Shown here piece by piece: positions 52,889-64,000 of a DNA stretch of 64,000 nucleotides. The translations under genes and the position numbers were made by a program. Origin of the DNA: Octopus sinensis (lineage: Eukaryota); the NCBI RefSeq assembly GCF_006345805.1, contig NC_043001.1, positions 122,636,001-122,700,000 of the forward strand, written 5' to 3'. Each line of letters starts with the position of its first letter. Position 1 is the stretch's first letter. Under the pieces are notes generated by a model. The model ran no database searches. It worked only from the letters and a program-made list of their open reading frames with translations, and was not told the origin of the DNA.

Positions 52889-54267
52889 ATACATATATAC
52901 TTGTATATATACATAATATATATCCATACGATATGTGTGTGTTTGTACACGTATGTATGTGTATGTATATGTATGATGTATGTATGTATGTATGTATGTA
53001 TGTATGTATGTATTGTTGAGGGTTAGCATATCACAACTTTAGTGCATCCGAAAAACAATCTAGGTAGTGTTGTTTTCGTTAAAGAACAATTCACGTGGCA
53101 AATGTTAATGAAAGTCGTCAGTCGTTAATGTTGAACAAACAATTTACGATGAAATCGGAAATTAGGTAGAAACAGAAGAAAACACTATTAAATCTAACCA
53201 ACCAACCAACCAACCAACCAACCAACCAACCAACCACCAACTAACCAGCCAGCCAGCCAGCCAGCCAGCCAACCAACCAGCCAGCCAGCCAGCAAGCCAG
53301 CAAGCCAGCCAGTCAGCCAGCAACAGACATAAATGTATTAAAAAGAAAGACAATACTTATGTTATTGTTAACATTTAGAGTACAGGGGCTTTAAAAAGCT
53401 AACTAAAATATTTAAGCATAGATGAAAAGACCTTCTACCCCGCCAAAAAATAACGATAATAGTTTATCAATTTCAGCTTTTCAGTAAGTACGGAAGATAA
53501 GTTTTACATGTTTCGATATTATTCTGATCTCATCAGTGAAGTATTGCTTCACTTTCTATCACTATTTCGTCAAGTACGTTGAAAGTTGATTTCATTGATG
53601 AGCTCTGAAAACAATAACGAAACATGTCTAGAATTATGTCCCATACCTGTCCTTCCTCCCTCTCTCCCTAATATTACACATTGACTAGTATAACTTTCTT
53701 CTTCATTTCGTATCTATTTCTAGTAACTTTTTTTGTTAAATGCATTAAATATGTTTGCACTAACTTAACAATTATAGTAATTCTGATTTTCAGCTAAAAT
53801 ATTATAAAACATAATCGGAAGTAGTAAAGGATAATATAAACTCGCATAGCATTTAACACTCAGCTACTTTTCCTAACAAGACTCCAATTAAGTCGTTTAC
53901 AAAATTCTACCGGAAATGTTCTCATTTTGGCACATTAACATGCATGAAGCTTGAAGCTGTTTCATTTGACTGACGCTGATAATTCCCTAGGGGACGGTAC
54001 GACGGTCCATTAATTCTCATCTACAGCACTAAGACACAATCGCTATACATATCAAAGGATCAGTCTTGTATTTCCCTGTCGCTAGTCTTGGATAACATGC
54101 AATTAAACCCCTTAAAGTCGCTACGAATGCTACATCTCACGTTTACTGATGATCTTGCATGCCGATTTCATATTCAATTTACAACATACTTTCCAGCTTT
54201 AAAGAATGAATACTCTGATAAAAATAGACATTTATAATAAAAAAAATAAATATATACAGTAAAGATA

Positions 54268-54845
54268 TTCTTTTCTAGGTACAAGGCCCGAAATTTTAGG
54301 GCTGGGGGCCACTCGATTAGATCCACCCAGTACGCAAATGGTTCTTAATTTATGGACCCCGAAAGGATGAAAAGCAAAGTCGACCTCGGCGGAATTTGAA
54401 CTCAGAACGTAACGGCAGACGAAATACCTATTTCTTTACTACCCACAAGGGGCTAAACACAGAGAGGACAAACAAGGACAAGCAAACGGATTAAGCCGAT
54501 TATATCGACCCCAGTGCGTAACTGGTACTTATTTAATCGACCCCAAAAGGAAGAAAGGCAAAGTCGACCTCGGCGGGATTTGAACTCAGAACGTAGCGGC
54601 AGACGAAATACATATTTCTTTACTACCCACAAGGGGCTAAACACAGAGAGGACAAACAAGGACAGATAGACGGATTAAGTCGATTATATCGACCCCAGTG
54701 CGTAACTGGTACTTAATTTATCGACCCCGAAAGGATGAAAGGCAAAGTCGACCTCGGTGGAATTTGGACTCAGAACGTAACGGCAGACGGAATACAGCTT
54801 AGCATTTCGCCCGGCGTGCTAACGTTTCTGCCAGCTCGCCGCCTT
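54268..54845 (-). mobile_element. SINE-A trimer with T2 terminal tail
   Basis: Three units. Flanking repeat TATACAGTAAAGATAT (54253-54268) / TACACAGTATAGATAT (54846-54861). Confidence 0.88.
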
Positions 54846-55501
54846 TACACAGTATAGATATCAATCTTTTATTGCTTAATACTTACTTCATATGATATTC
54901 CATTGCAGTTAATACGCCAGCAATACTGTTAGGCATACTTACGACCAAACTTTTGAAATAATCCGGAGTTATCTCTTGAGTCAGTGTAAGTGCATCGCCT
55001 AGTGGTTTGGGTGTTATATCCACGAGCTTTCGATCGTGACTTCTATTTCCACACAGAAGCGATGTACTGTATTCTTGAGCAAAGCACGTCACCTCAAATT
55101 TCTCCAGCTTAGTTACGAAGTTAATCCTGCGCCGGATGACGTCCTGTTTAAAAGGAAGTGTTGTAATCTTAGTCACGTATACGCCTTGACAGCTTCATTC
55201 TGATGAGTCATAGAGCTCATGACAGAGTGATTGGTTTCAAATTTTGGCACAAGGCCAGCAATTTTGAGAGAAAAAGTAAGTCGATTGCATCGATCCCAGT
55301 ATTCAACTGGTACTTATTTTATCAACCCCTAAAGAACGAAAGGCACTGTCAACATCGGCGGGATTTCAACTCAGAACGTAAAGACGAACGTATTGCTGCT
55401 AAGATTTCTACTGGGCATGCTAATACTTAGTAATAGTAATATTAACTGCAAACGTCACTTAGACGTTTTAATCTTAGCGAAGGTGGAGGTATATATTATA
55501 T

Positions 55502-55552
<51 letters not shown>

Positions 55553-55640
55553 TTCAGCAAAAATTTAGATTCATATTAATATGGTACTTATTTAGATGCA
55601 CCAGAATTCTGTATGGTGTTATCCATAAAAATCTGAAGTG

Positions 55641-55834
55641 ATTATAATCAAAATAAGCAACAGAATGACTCCGGTAATTTGGTACGATCGTTTCGTACTA
55701 TATCATTTTATTAAATGTTGTAAGTATTACAACAGTTTTAAAATGCTGAGCACTCATCAGTCATTATAGACGTTTTCCATTAATACAAAACGATCGTACC
55801 AATTACCGGAGTCATTCTTGTTGCTTATTTTGAT

Positions 55835-55840
<6 letters not shown>
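55641..55840. repeat. Small fold-back (~50-bp arms) enclosing a hammerhead core, within (TA)n
   Basis: Arms 55641-55693 / 55788-55840. Minus strand reads CTGATGA-GTGCT..AGTAC-GAAA-CGATCG-TA. Confidence 0.75.
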
Positions 55841-55882
<42 letters not shown>

Positions 55883-57411
55883 TTTTCCCGTTTTGGAAAT
55901 CAGCACACGTTTTCAACGGTTTTTTCTCATAAGACTGACAGAAGTAGATGTATTTACCCCTAGGCGTTCAGAGCTGCTGATAAGGATTAAAATGCTCTAC
56001 ATCAAAACCCGAAATCGCGATCCGTCTACGTACAATAGGAAATTACCTCCATTTGTCAGTTATTAAGATAGTGCATTTGTGGCTTTGAATTAGTTTAATT
56101 CTTATCGTTAGCAAAAGCGGTACTAGTCAATACCTTCTGTCACTTTTGTGACCACTACTAATTTTGCCTTTAGTTTCTAATTGCTAATAAGTCACGCTTT
56201 AATTTTTTATATATATATATATATGTATATGTATATACGACGCGTTCCCACAATGTTCCCGTCTTTAAATTCACTGAAAGAGCATTATGATCCGGAGTTA
56301 AGTAGAAAACATTTACCGAAGGAGCCAATGAGAATGAACCCGAAACCACGTAGTTGCAAAGCGAGTTGCTTAACCCTCAGTCATTCCTGCGCCTATTATT
56401 TCCTTTCTCTATAAATTTCTGACCTTGTGCTAAAACTACTCGATATTTTACTAATAATTATTAACTACCATCTTTCAACTCGCAAACAGAAAATTATAGT
56501 AATGGAAATCTCACAAATTTCTTGTTTATTAGTGTTGTTTAGAGCTATGATCATGATCTCTCCATCCTTAACTATTCTTTCTATCACCCAGATAGATTTA
56601 GGATCATACAGGGCCTAATTTAGACCCTGTAGGGTTCCTGGGCCTAAAATTTTTTTGGAGCCTAGACAATTTTTCTACTTATAAGCATTATAAGATAATA
56701 AAGAGGTCCTCGTTAAATCGAGTCTTATCCAAACAGTTTGAAAAAGACCTACAGCTTAAAAGAGCCTCGGTAGATTCAGAGGGATTTAGTTAAATTTAAC
56801 ATATTTTTATATTTAAAAGGACTCAATAAATCAAAGAAGGCTCAGTAATTTTAGAACTAGTTCTTCTGGGTTATAAATATTACAAACAATTTATTTTCTT
56901 GTAAATAGATATTAAAAAAATTTGAACTCCAATCTTTAGGTTTCTCTGAGTTACGGGTACCCACCAATGCTTGTGATTCTCAATGCTTTAGGTCCTGCAT
57001 GCTTTGGGGTCCCACAGCTTTACGGTCCCTGGACATTGACCCATATAGGCCCTTGCACAAAGCCCTCCACGGAACTATGTTATCCCATGTGAATGATCCA
57101 GTGAAGAGCTGGTTCGTATTTATAGCAGATTAAGTGACAACTTAGAGGTTCCGTAGTTTGCTCTTGCAAAACCTATTTCAAACATTATGCATTTCCTCTG
57201 CCACTAGATAATTTTGCACTCAGCTTATCTATTTGTTTAGTTTTTCAGATGCTTACAATATAGATTGAATGAAAGATAGTTTGAGGAACGGCTATGCATG
57301 TTAGTAAATATTCTCCAAATCACGGCCAACAAACATCTACAACACGTAGGTGTTTAAACATAAAATGACCTTTACTATGTAACCTTATATATATTATATA
57401 TATAGATATAT

Positions 57412-57499
<88 letters not shown>

Positions 57500-57503
57500 T
57501 GTA

Positions 57504-57534
<31 letters not shown>

Positions 57535-57850
57535 TGTGTGGAGGCGCAATGGCATGGTGGTTAGGGCAAGCGAACTCGCGGTCGTAAATCGCGGTTTCGA
57601 TTCCCAGACAGGCGTTGTGAGTGTTTATTGAGCGACAACACCTAAAGCTCCACGAGGCTCCGTCAGAGGTGAATTGGGGGTGGCGATCCCTGCTGTACTC
57701 TTTCGCCATAACTTTCTCTCACTCTTTCTTCTGTTGGCCTGCTTGTTTAGCCAGCGGGGTGGCGTCATTTGAAGGTTAAACAATGCGAAGCGCATTGTGA
57801 CCAGCGATGTGTAGCAACATCTGATAGCCTGGTCGGTCACGGTCACGGTC

Positions 57851-57886
<36 letters not shown>

Positions 57887-59062
57887 GTATATACATACAT
57901 GTATGTATGCATACACACATGTCGACACACACACACACATACACCACACGTTACATTGAATCTGAAGATAAATAAAAGTAGGTCTATAAGCTCAGACTAG
58001 TATCATATGATATCTCAACTGTTTTAAGTGCATTCTTGTACAAATTCTATGAAATTTAACCCTTCTAGTGTTATTCCTCAAAATAACTAACTTCACCGAT
58101 TTGACTAAAAAATATGGTTTTGTAGCTGTACTCATATGACATACAAAATAATCTTTGACGAAGTGAAAATTCCAAATTAATATTGTGATGATATTTTAAG
58201 AAGGAAGAAATACTGGTGAATAAGTAGATTAATACGAAATTAATTGCTTAAAGAATTTAAAGAAAATTGGTAGAAGAGAAATTAAAATAGACTTTGCAGT
58301 GTTTTATAATACTAAGAAAACAAGGAATTTGAACGTCGAGTTTGTATTAAGGCGGCGAGCTGGCAGAAACGTTAGCACGCCGGGCGAAATGCGTAGCCGT
58401 ATTTCGTCTGGCATTACGTTCTGAGTTCAAATTCCGCCGAGGTCGACTTTTACCTTTCATCCTTTCGGGGTCGATAAATTAAGTACCAGTTACGCACTGG
58501 GGTCGATGTAATCGACTTAATCCATTTGTCTGTCCTTGTTTGTCCCCTCTGTGTTTTAGCCCTTGTGGGTAGTAAAGAAATAATTATATACACAGTCCTT
58601 CTCTGTCTGTCTCTCTCACCCTCTCTCCTTCTCTCTCTCTCTCTCTCTCCTCTACGTCATTCAAATCACATCTTATGATCTTGAGAAAGGAATACATAAA
58701 TTGGCTGTGATCAGATGTGGGGAAGGATGGGCTTCGCCAAGTTTTAGAAACGCTAAGGACACGTTGAATATCAAGCCGGCGCCTTTGCGATTCCTTGAGG
58801 ACTTGAGAGGTCAAAGGATGATGAATACGTGTATGCATGTATGTATTATGTATATAAGTATGTATATGAATGTGCACACACACACACACACACATCAGAA
58901 AGTCTATGAGAGTTACTTAATAAAGTTTTGAAGTGTAAAGGTGATTTTTTTTAAAAAAAGTATTTTTTAAAGAAATGTTGTGAAATCTTTTATCAGGATG
59001 TTACTAACCTTCTTTGGGAAGAAATTTTTTCTAGTGTGTGAGCGCTTTCGTTTACCTTTTCT

Positions 59063-59093
<31 letters not shown>

Positions 59094-59239
59094 GTGTATA
59101 ATATAAGCAAGATTTAAATTCGAGCTACTATTAGTTTCATTCTGTGGAAACACGATTGTCGTACAAGCCTGAATAGCATGCCGTATATTTTCAAGCAATC
59201 TTTCAGGCTCAAATATACAAGTCAAGCTCATATTTACTT

Positions 59240-59960
59240 AAATGCCAAACCTCTGGAAAGTTTTACAGATGTTTACAATTCCAGTGATCTGTAGTTTTCG
59301 AATCAGCTTCCCACTTTCTGGTTTTGAGAAGCCTCATTTCTCAAGATACCAATTTAGGTAGTCTGTTACATATCCCGGTGCTCCAATAATTACAGGTATA
59401 AAGCTGAACTTGTAATCTGGGTAGAAAAACAACAGATTTATCAATAGTTCAGCATAGGTATTCCCTTTTACACTGACCTTCAGCTTTATGTTAACATCCG
59501 CTGGGCAGCTGATTTCCACAAAGGTACACAGTTTCTCTTCTCTATCCCAAATTACTATTTCAAGTATGTTATGTTTACATTTTACTGAGGTTTTGACTGG
59601 GACATTCCACCAGTACTCCTTTTTTATTATGAGTGGTTATGGCTTGTACCATACGATAAATCACTTTTTTTTTTTATTTTGCCTCGGGGTTATCCTTCCG
59701 ACGGATCTCATTATACAGTGTCCTAGCCACAACATCATGTCCCATAGGTAGATAATACTGTGATAACATTTTTCGACGACTGCTTATGATGTGGGTGATA
59801 TCTTCAGTGTTAACTCCACAAAGTCTGTATCGTTTATCACATTTTACTGCTTTTCCTGCACCTCTGTCCCTTGTGTGCATCAGGTATTTGGTTGATATTT
59901 CCTGTTCCTGGATTGCAAACGTATACCCTTCAAACTGGGAGTTAGTAATCCGGTTGTTGG
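59240..59960 (-). mobile_element. R4/Dong-like (RLE) LINE 3' fragment
   Basis: Translation gives FAIQEQEISTKY, RLCG..EDITHIISS, HDVVAR, VEISCPAD and IPVIIGAPG. Confidence 0.75.
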
Positions 59961-60190
59961 TCTGTGATAGACTCTGGGATTGTAGTGCCTTCAGGTCCTG
60001 TATATGCAGGGCGTAGTGCATTCGTGAGTTGATAGTGCAGTGCTTGATATTTTCCAGCATAAACTGCATGTTGTTTATTTCGGCCCACTTGTGTATCGAA
60101 TTCAGGTTCCATTGTAAGTTTGCGACGTCATCATGATTTTTTGCTACCTGTGATAATTTTGTATCATCGGCATAGCTAGTGACACTGGTT
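59960..60190 (-). mobile_element. Short LINE RT fragment
   Basis: Translation gives SYADDTKL..LQWNLNSIHKWAEINNMQF. Confidence 0.7.
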
Positions 60191-60379
60191 GACGTGTGAA
60201 TGTGGGCATGTCTAAGAGGGATATATATATATATATATATCGAAATAGTGTTAGAGATAGAAGCACCCACAACTTCATCAACTCCGAAAGGTATTAACCC
60301 AACCAAGCCTTAAGATATTAAATATTATACTTACTATATTATATTCATAATCCCAAAATTTTATATGAATGTTATATAT

Positions 60380-60428
<49 letters not shown>

Positions 60429-60779
60429 ATCATATTATATTATATACACACAGACATACACACACACATATATGTATTATATACTATGTATATATATATA
60501 TAATATATATATATTATATATATATATATATAATGATATATTATATTATATTATGTTATATATATATAACTATAATATATTACATCATATTATATTATAT
60601 TATATATAGATATATATGTATGTGTGTGTGCATGTACAATATATATGATATGATATCATATTATATTATGTTATATATATATATATACACATATATAATT
60701 GACCTATGCATGTGTACAAACGCGTGTCGTCTAATATACCAATATACGCCCATCGTATGAATGTGTGTGTATGTGTGCG

Positions 60780-60815
<36 letters not shown>

Positions 60816-61261
60816 TGTTTGTGATCGTAATTATTCATTGACATTTTCTATTTTTTTTCTTTTTAGTGTCTGCTGGGAAGTGGGATCGTTTTCAAAAATT
60901 CTGTAATTGTAGAGAAGAATGTGGTGTCAAGTAAGTGAAATGAATGCATTGAGTTTGTATTTTTTTTTTGAACGTTGGAGTCAAGTGATTGGCGGAGTGA
61001 ACAGTTCCGGGATGGTGCATATTTTGTACCGGAACGAGACACGTACGAAAGATAGTAGCTTGATATGATGGGAAGACTTAGTATTTTCACGAGAAAAAGA
61101 ATGGAGACGGAAAGGTAGAGAGCGAGAGAGAGACAGATAGATAGATAGATAGATAGAGGGAGGTTGAAAGAGGGAGATAGAGAAGAGTGTTAGAGAGACA
61201 AGCAATCAGACAGAGAATGAGAGAGAGGTAGAGAACGATCTCGCATCAATTATTATTATTG

Positions 61262-61369
61262 TTATTATTCAGGTCACTGCCTGGAATCGAACTCGGAATC
61301 TTGGGGTTAGTAGCGGGCTACTAACCCCAAGATTCCGAGTTCGATTCCAGGCAGTCACCTGAATAATAA
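61262..61369. repeat. Near-perfect 53-bp hairpin made of two head-to-head tRNA-like SINE heads
   Basis: Arms 61262-61314 / 61317-61369, 2-nt loop, one mismatch. Contains B box GAGTTCGATTCC. Confidence 0.92.
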
Positions 61370-61483
61370 TAACAGGTAATTGATAAATTATACAATCGGT
61401 TTGTCTGTGACTCTCTTTACCTATCAGCATATTTGTATGTGTGTATTATACACACGCCCCCTCCCTCATGTGTGTGTGTGTGT

Positions 61484-61523
<40 letters not shown>

Positions 61524-61825
61524 ACAGAGGTTGAGAACTGGCAGAATCGTTACCACACTTAGCAACGTTACTTCTAGCTCTTTAAGTTCTGAGTTCAAAT
61601 GCTGTCGAGGACAGTCACGTCTTTCATCCTTTCAGGGCCGATAAATTAAGAATTTGGGATCGAGCTAATCGACTTCCGCCTACTTCTAAAATTGCTGGCC
61701 TTGTGCCAAAATTAAAAGGGCATAAATAGATAGATAGAAAGAAAAGCAGACAGATCGATAAAATGATAGATAGACTGATAGACAGGCAGACAAACAGACA
61801 GACATACAGACAAACAGAGAGACGT

Positions 61826-61904
<79 letters not shown>

Positions 61905-62157
61905 CACATATATAAGTACGCGTAGATGTGAATATATATATATATACGATCCATATATAGATACATGCATACATATCTTTATGTATGTATGTATGTATGT
62001 ATGTATCTATCTATCTATCTATCTCTATCTCTCTCTAGAGATTTATTATTGTTTTATAAATATATATATATATATATATATAAACTGGCTTAGAGAAGAA
62101 GAAGAAAAGAAACGAAACGAATCGAATCGAATCGACGCGAGGGCGCTCAGTCATACA

Positions 62158-62792
62158 ATAGTGTAATAAATAAAATATATGCATACATACATACATACAT
62201 ATATGTACGTACCTACATCTACATGTATATATACATGCATATATAAATATATATACGTGAGTACAGGACACCACAATTAGACGTAGAACTAGACGAGAAA
62301 CGAAAAACGAAAACGAAAAAGTAAAAACAAGCAGGGAACGGACCATTTTTTAAACAACGAAAAAACAGGGTACAAGACAAACTACACAGGAAAAATCCCC
62401 TTCATCAGCTGTTCCTAGTTCAACTCCAGCGTGTTTCGAAGGTAGGACAGGACACGTCTCGTTGAACTAATCCTTCCTGCGAAGGAATTAAATAATAATC
62501 CTTCGCAAAGGGGCAAAAACAAGGAAAAAAAATTTTTTTTTGACAAAAACAGGACGTGAAGGGGATTTTTCCTGTGTAGTTTGTCTTGTACCCCGTTTTT
62601 TTCGATGTTTAAAAAATGGTCCGTTCCCTGCTTGTTTTTACTTTTTCGTTTTCGTTTTTCGTTTAGTTCTACGTCTAATTGTGGTATCCTTTACTCACGT
62701 ATATATATTTATATATGCATGTATATATACATGTAGATGTAGGTACGTACATATATGTATGTATGTATGCATATATTTTATTTATTACACTA
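62158..62792. repeat. Fold-back, ~240-bp arms (62158-62404 / 62557-62792) in (TA)n
   Basis: Arms are reverse complements, including an internal (TACA)n tract. CTGATGAA on the minus strand at the inner edge. Confidence 0.9.
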
Positions 62793-62836
62793 TATATATA
62801 TATATATATATACATACATATACATATATACATACA

Positions 62837-62893
<57 letters not shown>

Positions 62894-63167
62894 ATATACA
62901 TATATACATACATACATACATACATATATACACACACACAACACACATATATATATATATATGTATAGCGTAAAGGATTAGAGATTTGAATCCGGGCGGC
63001 TATCAGTCCATCGAAGCGTAACTCATTTTTGCCAGCTGAGTGGACTGGTGTAACGTGAAATGAAGTGTTTTGCTCAAGAACACAACGCGTCGCCCGGTCC
63101 AGGAATCGAAACCACAATCTTACGATCATGATGCTGATACCCTAACCACTATGCCACGTGCCTCCAT

Positions 63168-63199
<32 letters not shown>

Positions 63200-63804
63200 T
63201 AGCGAATATAAATGTTTATTAGTTAGTTGGGATTTTCGTCAACCACGCCATACATCTTATAGAGAGAAAAGGAGGGGAGAGAGAGTTAACTTACGAAGAG
63301 TAGGATAAGTGGAGAAGTGCACGTATTTGGCTTGATGGCAAGCAATGAGTAAAAGAACCCTGAACACAGTGAGAAAGAAAGAATCAAAAAGTAGTCGGTG
63401 TAGATAACAGACTAGTTATGGGCGGAGTTATATAAATAACAAATTTGTTTCATCTAACTTTATTTTAGAATAATAATTTTCTATTGGGAATTAATATTCA
63501 TTTCATAATTGTGTATAAGCTTCAAGAAATTTGATAAACATGGAATTTTAACCACAGAATAAAATACCGCCCTCCGGGAGGTTTTCAGCTACAATCTGAA
63601 TAATATTTCAGATTTCGTTCTCAGTTTTGTGTAAATTTTTATGTTACGTAACTTCTAATTTTCTCTTTGAAGGCTTCGTATGACTAATAGTATTCGCACT
63701 TTAGTAAATATTTCTTTCATTATTTGATTGCAGTCTTAATTTCTCTGCCGTTTAAACTAACTGAAAGGTACAGTTCTATATTTAAGAGATGAGGAATTAT
63801 GTAG

Positions 63805-64000
63805 ATTATTTACATTATTTACATTATTTACATTTGACGGATATTTGTCCTCATCTTGTTTGTTGTTAACACAACGTTTCGGCTGATATACCCTCCAGCC
63901 TTCATCAGGTGTCTTGGGGAAATTTCAAACCTGGGTTCTCATTACTAAGGTATTTTTCGATGTTATTATTATTATTGTTATTATTCAGGTCACTGCCTGG
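63805..64000 (-). mobile_element. Probable tRNA-headed, hammerhead-containing SINE (5' end beyond the window)
   Basis: Its window-edge end matches the tRNA-like sequence at 61251-61284. Then an (AAT)n linker, the HHR and a (GTAAATAAT)x3 tail. Confidence 0.6.
63868..63913 (-). ncRNA. Minimal type I hammerhead ribozyme
   Basis: GACAC-CTGATGA-A-GGCTG-(10 nt)-CAGCC-GAAA-CG-TT-GTGTT: canonical core, 5-bp stems I and II, palindromic minimal stem III. Confidence 0.75.

Noticed and set aside
55195-55230. CTGATGA-GTCAT..ATGAC hairpin (and CTGATGAT at ~36709-36716 minus)
   Set aside because: No GAAA box or stem III in register.
59674-60306. 210-aa ORF with YADD and a zinc-knuckle-like segment as a novel gene
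   Set aside because: Chance in-frame join of a microsatellite, an RT fragment and an R4/Dong fragment.

Overview
Eukaryotic, AT-rich, microsatellite-saturated intergenic or intronic DNA. The SINE types and (TA)n/(CA)n/(TACA)n density suggest an octopod cephalopod (inference). No host protein-coding gene can be called confidently. Almost all listed ORFs are microsatellite or SINE translations. Recognisable content: four recurrent tRNA-type SINE families (my labels A-D), LINE relics (one young CR1/Jockey-group RT copy, RTE fragments, two R4/Dong-like RLE fragments), a hAT MITE with an 8-bp TSD, a mariner relic and MITE, non-autonomous Helitrons and a 1.35-kb tandem duplication. The main unexplained signal is a set of about 10 fold-back (inverted-repeat) elements, mostly inside microsatellites. 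Many of them carry Penelope-type minimal hammerhead-ribozyme (HHR) folds, some with long stem II or non-canonical cores, and one family has arms that co-vary between copies. A probable tRNA-headed, hammerhead-bearing SINE lies at the window end. Family-A SINEs also occur as TSD-flanked multimers. All alignments and folds were done by eye, so coordinates are approximate to a few bases.
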